A stretch of DNA of 64,000 nt, from contig OZ024747.1 of the NCBI GenBank assembly GCA_964016885.1, positions 65,658,001 through 65,722,000 of the forward strand. Reading direction: 5' to 3'. The notes beneath the pieces are model-generated. The model searched no databases and was not told where the DNA came from. It worked only from the letters and a program-made list of their open reading frames with translations. Numbering within the stretch: the stretch's first letter is position 1; each line of letters opens with the position of its first letter. The stretch comes from Eledone cirrhosa (lineage: Eukaryota). A program made the translations under genes and the position numbers. Below are positions 35,348-50,148 of the stretch, one piece after another.

Positions 35348-38007
35348 TACAAATATATATATGCGTACGAAAGTGTGGTTACATGATGCCTATGCGAGAT
35401 GTGCGACCCTGCATGGTAGTGAGACATGGACAGCAACTGCAGAGGGTATGCGATGGCTGGAGAGAAAGGAAGCAAGCACGCTCCGTTGGATGTGCAATGT
35501 CAATGTGCGGGAACGACCAAGCATAAACGAGTTGAGAGAGAAACTGTGTTTAAGAGGGATAAGTTGTGGTGTGCAAGAGAGGACTGAGATGGTATGGACA
35601 TGTGATGCGCATGGAGGTTGAGCGCTGGGTAAAGAAGGGAGACGCAGTAGAGGAAGACCACGAAAAACATGGGCGGAGGTGGTGAGAGCCGACTTCAGAT
35701 CGCTGAAACTCACCAAGGAGATGACGAAGGACCGTGACAAGTGAAGAGATGCTTTGCTCAAGAGGACCTGTCCCACCCTTTCAAGCAGGGAAAAGCGGAC
35801 GTAAAATGATGAACAGACGATGATAATGATGCTCTCTATATATCTATCTCTCTATCAATCTATCCAGATATCTGTGCATCAGTCTATCTATTTACCTGCA
35901 CTTCTCACTCCGTCTCAGGATCACCGAGACATCACCAACAACCAACCCACGCTGTGGGAAACAGTCCTCCCCGGGGCACACCCTGGTACTTCACACCATC
36001 TGTCTGTCTCGCTGCCTAACTACCGAGAAATCCGGCTTCTGTGCTTGCCTAATTTGTAGGTTATTAGGCAGTTGGCAGGTTTGCGGAAGTTGGTTTTGCA
36101 AATGGTTAAAACACTTGCATCACGAAATTCAAATAGCATCACTCCTTGTTTTATCTTTCTCGTCTTTACCTAGGCCTGCATAAGTTAGTGTTACGGTTAG
36201 TGTTACTGTTAGCGTTACGGCTAGTTTTAGGGTTAATTGAGAGCAAGAAACTGCTGCTAGGTAAAGACAAGAAATTCTGCATTTACAAGCAATTTTTACA
36301 AACAGCCACAATGACAGGACGGAGACATCGTTATGCTAGCAGGGGATTTCAATGGTCATGTTGGACAGCTCTACGATGGTTACACTGAGGTACATGTTGG
36401 GCACACTTACGGCTTAAGAAATGAAGCAGTGAAACTTCTTGAATTTTGCGATGCAATTGCACTAACCATCTACAACACTAACTTACACAAATCTGCCAAC
36501 CACCTAATAACCTACAAATCAGGCAAGCACATAAGCCAGATTGACTTCTTGCTAGTTAGGCAGCGGGACAGGCAGATGGTGTCAAATACAAAGGCATACC
36601 CCGGGGAAGAATGTACCCCACAGCATAGGTTAGTCGTTAGTGATATCTCATTAAGCAAGAGACTGAATGAGACATACAGGAAGGTGTGGAAAAAAGAAAG
36701 GTCTGGAAGCTAAAAGAGCTCTCACTAAAATACAAATTTAGGAAAGCCCTTCAATATGTGTATGATGAAAAAGAAGACGATTTAGAGTCGTACAACATAG
36801 ATGATAACTGGAATTTCTTATGCGATACCTTACTGCAGGTTACTGATGAAACTTGTGGCTGGATCAGAGTTCCAACCAGACAGAGAGTGACATGGTGGTG
36901 GGACAGCACGGTAGATCGGGCCATTGGAGACTAAAGACTAGCATGGAATGCTTGCAAAATTAGTGCGAGTAGAGAAGAATATACAGCCGCTAAGAGAGAA
37001 GCTAGACGTCAGGTGTACTTAGCATGCAAGGAGGCTGCTCGACGACGTGCGCTGTTCCGTACTGCAAGGCAGTGTGTCAGTGAAAATCGGGATTAAGTCT
37101 GTCCGCAATGATGCCGCTGTACTTTGTGTCACGAATGAGTGTTGATGAGTAGAAAAGAGGACAAAACTCTATTCCGTCAGGGAAATGGCCATGTTCGATA
37201 TGCAGAAACGGAACTGGCATAAATTATATAAAACGTACACAAAAGATCGAGTGCGATAGCAGGCACGTAGTGGGATAGCAGGCAAACTAACAGCATATTT
37301 TGATTATAATAAAACAAATAATAATAGTAATAATAATAATAATAATCGTCATTGTTCTTTTCTTCTGTGCCTTTCTTTGCCTTCTCTGTCATCTGAATAA
37401 CAAAAATAAAAGAAAAAAAGAATCTTAAACATATGTTGCCTTTACAAAGTGCTGTGATCAAAGTAGCTTTTAAGCAATTTCCTAACTAACAAACAACATC
37501 AACAAAATATATACAAATATCTTTGAATGTCAAGTCCACCAAGAGAAAATAGTCATAATGTACTTACAGATACAATGCTAGGGACTCGCATCAATGAGTT
37601 TTAGTAGAAAATGACTGACTGACTGTTGAGGGACAGAGGTGTGTTTTCAAATATTTATCAATTCACAACAAAGCCTCACAAAGCTACATCATAATGCAAA
37701 CTCACAACACCCTTCTTATGCAACCTCACCAAGCAACCCCACAACACAACCTCACGTTCACAATTCACAACACTCAACAAGGCATTCGTTATCTAGGGTT
37801 TACAGTAAACATAGCGAGGTAAAACACACCCAGTACACTCTGTAAAGTGGTCATTAGGTTAAGATTAAACTGAAATCATACCTCCATTGTCGTTGGCGTA
37901 TATTTTCTCTAAAACTTAATTTCATTGCTTTCATTTCTCTTCTTTTTCTTCTATTCCATCTAAATATGAAAAAAATTATACAGGTCATTTCGTCTTATCA
38001 AGAGGTC

Positions 38008-38046
<39 letters not shown>

Positions 38047-39008
38047 GAGATAATACCTTAAAATAATGGTAAAAAAAGTGTTTAATTACGAAAATCCTTT
38101 GAAATAACTTCCTCGCTCTTACTGGTCATACCTGCAAAACACAAAACACTAGCGTTAGAGTGAACAGTGCAGTGCAGTGCAGTGCAGTGTAGTGTAGTGT
38201 AATTTAGTATGGTGCAGTTTAGTGGCACAGTACACTGTAAAACATTTAGCCAATCTCTCAGACATTTACAAATCTTTCAAGATATATATATATATATATA
38301 TATATATATGGGAGAGAGAGAAATTACCCTCAGTAGATCAGACAGAGGGACCAGCTATTGAGATTAACGAATATAGGGTCCAAGAGGCGATTAAGGAAAT
38401 GAAAAATGGTGAGGCTGCTGGACCATCGGAGATAGTTGCTGAGATGCTGAAGGCCTCAGGGGACGTAGGCACTAAACTGGTTGCACACATCATCAATCAG
38501 GCTATATATGGCAGTGTCATACCCAAAGACTAGTGCAAAAGTAAAGGGGACGCTCTTGAGAGGAGAAATTATAGGGATATAAAACTGATGGATCAGGTTA
38601 TGAAAGTGGCAGAAAGGATATTAGCACAACTAATTAGAGAAAGGGTCAAACTAGATGAGATGCAGTTTGGTTTTGTGCCTGGGAATAGTACAACAGATGC
38701 CCTCTTCTTGATGAGACAATTACAAGAGAGGTTCTTAGAGAAAAATAAGCCACTATACTTAGCCTTTGTTGACCTAGAGAAGGCCTTTGATAGGGTACGC
38801 CGATCTGTCATCTTATTATTTAACCTATAAATGGGGCCCCAACAGGTACTACTACACCAGGCCAGAGCAGACCTGGGAGTTATGACAACTAAGGGGGTAA
38901 CTCCACGTTCCCCACAGTTCCTCCTGAACTTGAGCCTTGCCACTGGATGTAGTTTAATGTCATACCCAGGACAAATATATACATACATATATATATATAT
39001 ATATACAT

Positions 39009-39049
<41 letters not shown>

Positions 39050-41709
39050 TACAAATATATATATGCGTACGAAAGTGTGGTTACATGATGCCTATGCGAG
39101 ATGTGCGACCCTGCATGGTAGTGAGACATGGACAGCAACTGCAGAGGGTATGCGATGGCTGGAGAGAAAGGAAGCAAGCACGCTCCGTTGGATGTGCAAT
39201 GTCAATGTGCGGGAACGACCAAGCATAAACGAGTTGAGAGAGAAACTGTGTTTAAGAGGGATAAGTTGTGGTGTGCAAGAGAGGACTGAGATGGTATGGA
39301 CATGTGATGCGCATGGAGGTTGAGCGCTGGGTAAAGAAGGGAGACGCAGTAGAGGAAGACCACGAAAAACATGGGCGGAGGTGGTGAGAGCCGACTTCAG
39401 ATCGCTGAAACTCACCAAGGAGATGACGAAGGACCGTGACAAGTGAAGAGATGCTTTGCTCAAGAGGACCTGTCCCACCCTTTCAAGCAGGGAAAAGCGG
39501 ACGTAAAATGATGAACAGACGATGATAATGATGCTCTCTATATATCTATCTCTCTATCAATCTATCCAGATATCTGTGCATCAGTCTATCTATTTACCTG
39601 CACTTCTCACTCCGTCTCAGGATCACCGAGACATCACCAACAACCAACCCACGCTGTGGGAAACAGTCCTCCCCGGGGCACACCCTGGTACTTCACACCA
39701 TCTGTCTGTCTCGCTGCCTAACTACCGAGAAATCCGGCTTCTGTGCTTGCCTAATTTGTAGGTTATTAGGCAGTTGGCAGGTTTGCGGAAGTTGGTTTTG
39801 CAAATGGTTAAAACACTTGCATCACGAAATTCAAATAGCATCACTCCTTGTTTTATCTTTCTCGTCTTTACCTAGGCCTGCATAAGTTAGTGTTACGGTT
39901 AGTGTTACTGTTAGCGTTACGGCTAGTTTTAGGGTTAATTGAGAGCAAGAAACTGCTGCTAGGTAAAGACAAGAAATTCTGCATTTACAAGCAATTTTTA
40001 CAAACAGCCACAATGACAGGACGGAGACATCGTTATGCTAGCAGGGGATTTCAATGGTCATGTTGGACAGCTCTACGATGGTTACACTGAGGTACATGTT
40101 GGGCACACTTACGGCTTAAGAAATGAAGCAGTGAAACTTCTTGAATTTTGCGATGCAATTGCACTAACCATCTACAACACTAACTTACACAAATCTGCCA
40201 ACCACCTAATAACCTACAAATCAGGCAAGCACATAAGCCAGATTGACTTCTTGCTAGTTAGGCAGCGGGACAGGCAGATGGTGTCAAATACAAAGGCATA
40301 CCCCGGGGAAGAATGTACCCCACAGCATAGGTTAGTCGTTAGTGATATCTCATTAAGCAAGAGACTGAATGAGACATACAGGAAGGTGTGGAAAAAAGAA
40401 AGGTCTGGAAGCTAAAAGAGCTCTCACTAAAATACAAATTTAGGAAAGCCCTTCAATATGTGTATGATGAAAAAGAAGACGATTTAGAGTCGTACAACAT
40501 AGATGATAACTGGAATTTCTTATGCGATACCTTACTGCAGGTTACTGATGAAACTTGTGGCTGGATCAGAGTTCCAACCAGACAGAGAGTGACATGGTGG
40601 TGGGACAGCACGGTAGATCGGGCCATTGGAGACTAAAGACTAGCATGGAATGCTTGCAAAATTAGTGCGAGTAGAGAAGAATATACAGCCGCTAAGAGAG
40701 AAGCTAGACGTCAGGTGTACTTAGCATGCAAGGAGGCTGCTCGACGACGTGCGCTGTTCCGTACTGCAAGGCAGTGTGTCAGTGAAAATCGGGATTAAGT
40801 CTGTCCGCAATGATGCCGCTGTACTTTGTGTCACGAATGAGTGTTGATGAGTAGAAAAGAGGACAAAACTCTATTCCGTCAGGGAAATGGCCATGTTCGA
40901 TATGCAGAAACGGAACTGGCATAAATTATATAAAACGTACACAAAAGATCGAGTGCGATAGCAGGCACGTAGTGGGATAGCAGGCAAACTAACAGCATAT
41001 TTTGATTATAATAAAACAAATAATAATAGTAATAATAATAATAATAATCGTCATTGTTCTTTTCTTCTGTGCCTTTCTTTGCCTTCTCTGTCATCTGAAT
41101 AACAAAAATAAAAGAAAAAAAGAATCTTAAACATATGTTGCCTTTACAAAGTGCTGTGATCAAAGTAGCTTTTAAGCAATTTCCTAACTAACAAACAACA
41201 TCAACAAAATATATACAAATATCTTTGAATGTCAAGTCCACCAAGAGAAAATAGTCATAATGTACTTACAGATACAATGCTAGGGACTCGCATCAATGAG
41301 TTTTAGTAGAAAATGACTGACTGACTGTTGAGGGACAGAGGTGTGTTTTCAAATATTTATCAATTCACAACAAAGCCTCACAAAGCTACATCATAATGCA
41401 AACTCACAACACCCTTCTTATGCAACCTCACCAAGCAACCCCACAACACAACCTCACGTTCACAATTCACAACACTCAACAAGGCATTCGTTATCTAGGG
41501 TTTACAGTAAACATAGCGAGGTAAAACACACCCAGTACACTCTGTAAAGTGGTCATTAGGTTAAGATTAAACTGAAATCATACCTCCATTGTCGTTGGCG
41601 TATATTTTCTCTAAAACTTAATTTCATTGCTTTCATTTCTCTTCTTTTTCTTCTATTCCATCTAAATATGAAAAAAATTATACAGGTCATTTCGTCTTAT
41701 CAAGAGGTC

Positions 41710-41747
<38 letters not shown>

Positions 41748-42709
41748 GAGATAATACCTTAAAATAATGGTAAAAAAAGTGTTTAATTACGAAAATCCTT
41801 TGAAATAACTTCCTCGCTCTTACTGGTCATACCTGCAAAACACAAAACACTAGCGTTAGAGTGAACAGTGCAGTGCAGTGCAGTGCAGTGTAGTGTAGTG
41901 TAATTTAGTATGGTGCAGTTTAGTGGCACAGTACACTGTAAAACATTTAGCCAATCTCTCAGACATTTACAAATCTTTCAAGATATATATATATATATAT
42001 ATATATATATGGGAGAGAGAGAAATTACCCTCAGTAGATCAGACAGAGGGACCAGCTATTGAGATTAACGAATATAGGGTCCAAGAGGCGATTAAGGAAA
42101 TGAAAAATGGTGAGGCTGCTGGACCATCGGAGATAGTTGCTGAGATGCTGAAGGCCTCAGGGGACGTAGGCACTAAACTGGTTGCACACATCATCAATCA
42201 GGCTATATATGGCAGTGTCATACCCAAAGACTAGTGCAAAAGTAAAGGGGACGCTCTTGAGAGGAGAAATTATAGGGATATAAAACTGATGGATCAGGTT
42301 ATGAAAGTGGCAGAAAGGATATTAGCACAACTAATTAGAGAAAGGGTCAAACTAGATGAGATGCAGTTTGGTTTTGTGCCTGGGAATAGTACAACAGATG
42401 CCCTCTTCTTGATGAGACAATTACAAGAGAGGTTCTTAGAGAAAAATAAGCCACTATACTTAGCCTTTGTTGACCTAGAGAAGGCCTTTGATAGGGTACG
42501 CCGATCTGTCATCTTATTATTTAACCTATAAATGGGGCCCCAACAGGTACTACTACACCAGGCCAGAGCAGACCTGGGAGTTATGACAACTAAGGGGGTA
42601 ACTCCACGTTCCCCACAGTTCCTCCTGAACTTGAGCCTTGCCACTGGATGTAGTTTAATGTCATACCCAGGACAAATATATACATACATATATATATATA
42701 TATATACAT

Positions 42710-42748
<39 letters not shown>

Positions 42749-45409
42749 TACAAATATATATATGCGTACGAAAGTGTGGTTACATGATGCCTATGCGAGA
42801 TGTGCGACCCTGCATGGTAGTGAGACATGGACAGCAACTGCAGAGGGTATGCGATGGCTGGAGAGAAAGGAAGCAAGCACGCTCCGTTGGATGTGCAATG
42901 TCAATGTGCGGGAACGACCAAGCATAAACGAGTTGAGAGAGAAACTGTGTTTAAGAGGGATAAGTTGTGGTGTGCAAGAGAGGACTGAGATGGTATGGAC
43001 ATGTGATGCGCATGGAGGTTGAGCGCTGGGTAAAGAAGGGAGACGCAGTAGAGGAAGACCACGAAAAACATGGGCGGAGGTGGTGAGAGCCGACTTCAGA
43101 TCGCTGAAACTCACCAAGGAGATGACGAAGGACCGTGACAAGTGAAGAGATGCTTTGCTCAAGAGGACCTGTCCCACCCTTTCAAGCAGGGAAAAGCGGA
43201 CGTAAAATGATGAACAGACGATGATAATGATGCTCTCTATATATCTATCTCTCTATCAATCTATCCAGATATCTGTGCATCAGTCTATCTATTTACCTGC
43301 ACTTCTCACTCCGTCTCAGGATCACCGAGACATCACCAACAACCAACCCACGCTGTGGGAAACAGTCCTCCCCGGGGCACACCCTGGTACTTCACACCAT
43401 CTGTCTGTCTCGCTGCCTAACTACCGAGAAATCCGGCTTCTGTGCTTGCCTAATTTGTAGGTTATTAGGCAGTTGGCAGGTTTGCGGAAGTTGGTTTTGC
43501 AAATGGTTAAAACACTTGCATCACGAAATTCAAATAGCATCACTCCTTGTTTTATCTTTCTCGTCTTTACCTAGGCCTGCATAAGTTAGTGTTACGGTTA
43601 GTGTTACTGTTAGCGTTACGGCTAGTTTTAGGGTTAATTGAGAGCAAGAAACTGCTGCTAGGTAAAGACAAGAAATTCTGCATTTACAAGCAATTTTTAC
43701 AAACAGCCACAATGACAGGACGGAGACATCGTTATGCTAGCAGGGGATTTCAATGGTCATGTTGGACAGCTCTACGATGGTTACACTGAGGTACATGTTG
43801 GGCACACTTACGGCTTAAGAAATGAAGCAGTGAAACTTCTTGAATTTTGCGATGCAATTGCACTAACCATCTACAACACTAACTTACACAAATCTGCCAA
43901 CCACCTAATAACCTACAAATCAGGCAAGCACATAAGCCAGATTGACTTCTTGCTAGTTAGGCAGCGGGACAGGCAGATGGTGTCAAATACAAAGGCATAC
44001 CCCGGGGAAGAATGTACCCCACAGCATAGGTTAGTCGTTAGTGATATCTCATTAAGCAAGAGACTGAATGAGACATACAGGAAGGTGTGGAAAAAAGAAA
44101 GGTCTGGAAGCTAAAAGAGCTCTCACTAAAATACAAATTTAGGAAAGCCCTTCAATATGTGTATGATGAAAAAGAAGACGATTTAGAGTCGTACAACATA
44201 GATGATAACTGGAATTTCTTATGCGATACCTTACTGCAGGTTACTGATGAAACTTGTGGCTGGATCAGAGTTCCAACCAGACAGAGAGTGACATGGTGGT
44301 GGGACAGCACGGTAGATCGGGCCATTGGAGACTAAAGACTAGCATGGAATGCTTGCAAAATTAGTGCGAGTAGAGAAGAATATACAGCCGCTAAGAGAGA
44401 AGCTAGACGTCAGGTGTACTTAGCATGCAAGGAGGCTGCTCGACGACGTGCGCTGTTCCGTACTGCAAGGCAGTGTGTCAGTGAAAATCGGGATTAAGTC
44501 TGTCCGCAATGATGCCGCTGTACTTTGTGTCACGAATGAGTGTTGATGAGTAGAAAAGAGGACAAAACTCTATTCCGTCAGGGAAATGGCCATGTTCGAT
44601 ATGCAGAAACGGAACTGGCATAAATTATATAAAACGTACACAAAAGATCGAGTGCGATAGCAGGCACGTAGTGGGATAGCAGGCAAACTAACAGCATATT
44701 TTGATTATAATAAAACAAATAATAATAGTAATAATAATAATAATAATCGTCATTGTTCTTTTCTTCTGTGCCTTTCTTTGCCTTCTCTGTCATCTGAATA
44801 ACAAAAATAAAAGAAAAAAAGAATCTTAAACATATGTTGCCTTTACAAAGTGCTGTGATCAAAGTAGCTTTTAAGCAATTTCCTAACTAACAAACAACAT
44901 CAACAAAATATATACAAATATCTTTGAATGTCAAGTCCACCAAGAGAAAATAGTCATAATGTACTTACAGATACAATGCTAGGGACTCGCATCAATGAGT
45001 TTTAGTAGAAAATGACTGACTGACTGTTGAGGGACAGAGGTGTGTTTTCAAATATTTATCAATTCACAACAAAGCCTCACAAAGCTACATCATAATGCAA
45101 ACTCACAACACCCTTCTTATGCAACCTCACCAAGCAACCCCACAACACAACCTCACGTTCACAATTCACAACACTCAACAAGGCATTCGTTATCTAGGGT
45201 TTACAGTAAACATAGCGAGGTAAAACACACCCAGTACACTCTGTAAAGTGGTCATTAGGTTAAGATTAAACTGAAATCATACCTCCATTGTCGTTGGCGT
45301 ATATTTTCTCTAAAACTTAATTTCATTGCTTTCATTTCTCTTCTTTTTCTTCTATTCCATCTAAATATGAAAAAAATTATACAGGTCATTTCGTCTTATC
45401 AAGAGGTCC

Positions 45410-45446
<37 letters not shown>

Positions 45447-48400
45447 GAGATAATACCTTAAAATAATGGTAAAAAAAGTGTTTAATTACGAAAATCCTTT
45501 GAAATAACTTCCTCGCTCTTACTGGTCATACCTGCAAAACACAAAACACTAGCGTTAGAGTGAACAGTGCAGTGCAGTGCAGTGCAGTGCAGTGTAGTGT
45601 AGTGTAATTTAGTATGGTGCAGTTTAGTGGCACAGTACACTGTAAAACATTTAGCCAATCTCTCAGACATTTACAAATCTTTCAAGATATATATATATAT
45701 ATATATATATATGGGAGAGAGAGAAATTACCCTCAGTAGATCAGACAGAGGGACCAGCTATTGAGATTAACGAATATAGGGTCCAAGAGGCGATTAAGGA
45801 AATGAAAAATGGTGAGGCTGCTGGACCATCGGAGATAGTTGCTGAGATGCTGAAGGCCTCAGGGGACGTAGGCACTAAACTGGTTGCACACATCATCAAT
45901 CAGGCTATATATGGCAGTGTCATACCCAAAGACTAGTGCAAAAGTAAAGGGGACGCTCTTGAGAGGAGAAATTATAGGGATATAAAACTGATGGATCAGG
46001 TTATGAAAGTGGCAGAAAGGATATTAGCACAACTAATTAGAGAAAGGGTCAAACTAGATGAGATGCAGTTTGGTTTTGTGCCTGGGAATAGTACAACAGA
46101 TGCCCTCTTCTTGATGAGACAATTACAAGAGAGGTTCTTAGAGAAAAATAAGCCACTATACTTAGCCTTTGTTGACCTAGAGAAGGCCTTTGATAGGGTA
46201 CGCCGATCTGTCATCTTATTATTTAACCTATAAATGGGGCCCCAACAGGTACTACTACACCAGGCCAGAGCAGACCTGGGAGTTATGACAACTAAGGGGG
46301 TAACTCCACGTTCCCCACAGTTCCTCCTGAACTTGAGCCTTGCCACTGGATGTAGTTTAATGTCATACCCAGGACAAATATATACATACATATATATATA
46401 TATATATACATACACACATATATATATATATATATATACATATATACAAATATATATATGCGTACGAAAGTGTGGTTACATGATGCCTATGCGAGATGTG
46501 CGACCCTGCATGGTAGTGAGACATGGACAGCAACTGCAGAGGGTATGCGATGGCTGGAGAGAAATGAAGCAAGCACGCTCCGTTGGATGTGCAATGTCAA
46601 TGTGCGGGAACGACCAAGCATAAACGAGTTGAGAGAGAAACTGTGTTTAAGAGGGATAAGTTGTGGTGTGCAAGAGAGGACTGAGATGGTATGGACATGT
46701 GATGCGCATGGAGGTTGAGCGCTGGGTAAAGAAGGGAGACGCAGTAGAGGAAGACCACGAAAAACATGGGTGGAGGTGGTGAGAGCCGACTTCAGATCGC
46801 TGAAACTCACCAAGGAGATGACGAAGGACCGTGACAAGTGAAGAGATGCTTTGCTCAAGAGGACCTGTCCCACCCTTTCAAGCAGGGAAAAGCGGACGTA
46901 AAATGATGAACAGACGATGATAATGATGCTCTCTATATATCTATCTCTCTATCAATCTATCCAGATATCTGTGCATCAGTCTATCTATTTACCTGCACTT
47001 CTCACTCCGTCTCAGGATCACCGAGACATCACCAACAACCAACCCACGCTGTGGGAAACAGTCCTCCCCGGGGCACACCCTGGTACTTCACACCATCTGT
47101 CTGTCTCGCTGCCTAACTACCGAGAAATCCGGCTTCTGTGCTTGCCTAATTTGTAGGTTATTAGGCAGTTGGCAGGTTTGCGGAAGTTGGTTTTGCAAAT
47201 GGTTAAAACACTTGCATCACGAAATTCAAATAGCATCACTCCTTGTTTTATCTTTCTCGTCTTTACCTAGGCCTGCATAAGTTAGTGTTACGGTTAGTGT
47301 TACTGTTAGCGTTACGGCTAGTTTTAGGGTTAATTGAGAGCAAGAAACTGCTGCTAGGTAAAGACAAGAAATTCTGCATTTACAAGCAATTTTTACAAAC
47401 AGCCACAATGACAGGACGGAGACATCGTTATGCTAGCAGGGGATTTCAATGGTCATGTTGGACAGCTCTACGATGGTTACACTGAGGTACATGTTGGGCA
47501 CACTTACGGCTTAAGAAATGAAGCAGTGAAACTTCTTGAATTTTGCGATGCAATTGCACTAACCATCTACAACACTAACTTACACAAATCTGCCAACCAC
47601 CTAATAACCTACAAATCAGGCAAGCACATAAGCCAGATTGACTTCTTGCTAGTTAGGCAGCGGGACAGGCAGATGGTGTCAAATACAAAGGCATACCCCG
47701 GGGAAGAATGTACCCCACAGCATAGGTTAGTCGTTAGTGATATCTCATTAAGCAAGAGACTGAATGAGACATACAGGAAGGTGTGGAAAAAAGAAAGGTC
47801 TGGAAGCTAAAAGAGCTCTCACTAAAATACAAATTTAGGAAAGCCCTTCAATATGTGTATGATGAAAAAGAAGACGATTTAGAGTCGTACAACATAGATG
47901 ATAACTGGAATTTCTTATGCGATACCTTACTGCAGGTTACTGATGAAACTTGTGGCTGGATCAGAGTTCCAACCAGACAGAGAGTGACATGGTGGTGGGA
48001 CAGCACGGTAGATCGGGCCATTGGAGACTAAAGACTAGCATGGAATGCTTGCAAAATTAGTGCGAGTAGAGAAGAATATACAGCCGCTAAGAGAGAAGCT
48101 AGACGTCAGGTGTACTTAGCATGCAAGGAGGCTGCTCGACGACGTGCGCTGTTCCGTACTGCAAGGCAGTGTGTCAGTGAAAATCGGGATTAAGTCTGTC
48201 CGCAATGATGCCGCTGTACTTTGTGTCACGAATGAGTGTTGATGAGTAGAAAAGAGGACAAAACTCTATTCCGTCAGGGAAATGGCCATGTTCGATATGC
48301 AGAAACGGAACTGGCATAAATTATATAAAACGTACACAAAAGATCGAGTGCGATAGCAGGCACGTAGTGGGATAGCAGGCAAACTAACAGCATATTTTGA

Positions 48401-49105
48401 TTATAATAAAACAAATAATAATAGTAATAATAATAATAATAATCGTCATTGTTCTTTTCTTCTGTGCCTTTCTTTGCCTTCTCTGTCATCTGAATAACAA
48501 AAATAAAAGAAAAAAAGAATCTTAAACATATGTTGCCTTTACAAAGTGCTGTGATCAAAGTAGCTTTTAAGCAATTTCCTAACTAACAAACAACATCAAC
48601 AAAATATATACAAATATCTTTGAATGTCAAGTCCACCAAGAGAAAATAGTCATAATGTACTTACAGATACAATGCTAGGGACTCGCATCAATGAGTTTTA
48701 GTAGAAAATGACTGACTGACTGTTGAGGGACAGAGGTGTGTTTTCAAATATTTATCAATTCACAACAAAGCCTCACAAAGCTACATCATAATGCAAACTC
48801 ACAACACCCTTCTTATGCAACCTCACCAAGCAACCCCACAACACAACCTCACGTTCACAATTCACAACACTCAACAAGGCATTCGTTATCTAGGGTTTAC
48901 AGTAAACATAGCGAGGTAAAACACACCCAGTACACTCTGTAAAGTGGTCATTAGGTTAAGATTAAACTGAAATCATACCTCCATTGTCGTTGGCGTATAT
49001 TTTCTCTAAAACTTAATTTCATTGCTTTCATTTCTCTTCTTTTTCTTCTATTCCATCTAAATATGAAAAAAATTATACAGGTCATTTCGTCTTATCAAGA
49101 GGTCC

Positions 49106-49142
<37 letters not shown>

Positions 49143-50107
49143 GAGATAATACCTTAAAATAATGGTAAAAAAAGTGTTTAATTACGAAAATCCTTTGAAA
49201 TAACTTCCTCGCTCTTACTGGTCATACCTGCAAAACACAAAACACTAGCGTTAGAGTGAACAGTGCAGTGCAGTGCAGTGCAGTGCAGTGTAGTGTAGTG
49301 TAATTTAGTATGGTGCAGTTTAGTGGCACAGTACACTGTAAAACATTTAGCCAATCTCTCAGACATTTACAAATCTTTCAAGATATATATATATATATAT
49401 ATATATATGGGAGAGAGAGAAATTACCCTCAGTAGATCAGACAGAGGGACCAGCTATTGAGATTAACGAATATAGGGTCCAAGAGGCGATTAAGGAAATG
49501 AAAAATGGTGAGGCTGCTGGACCATCGGAGATAGTTGCTGAGATGCTGAAGGCCTCAGGGGACGTAGGCACTAAACTGGTTGCACACATCATCAATCAGG
49601 CTATATATGGCAGTGTCATACCCAAAGACTAGTGCAAAAGTAAAGGGGACGCTCTTGAGAGGAGAAATTATAGGGATATAAAACTGATGGATCAGGTTAT
49701 GAAAGTGGCAGAAAGGATATTAGCACAACTAATTAGAGAAAGGGTCAAACTAGATGAGATGCAGTTTGGTTTTGTGCCTGGGAATAGTACAACAGATGCC
49801 CTCTTCTTGATGAGACAATTACAAGAGAGGTTCTTAGAGAAAAATAAGCCACTATACTTAGCCTTTGTTGACCTAGAGAAGGCCTTTGATAGGGTACGCC
49901 GATCTGTCATCTTATTATTTAACCTATAAATGGGGCCCCAACAGGTACTACTACACCAGGCCAGAGCAGACCTGGGAGTTATGACAACTAAGGGGGTAAC
50001 TCCACGTTCCCCACAGTTCCTCCTGAACTTGAGCCTTGCCACTGGATGTAGTTTAATGTCATACCCAGGACAAATATATACATACATATATATATATATA
50101 TATACAT

Positions 50108-50148
<41 letters not shown>
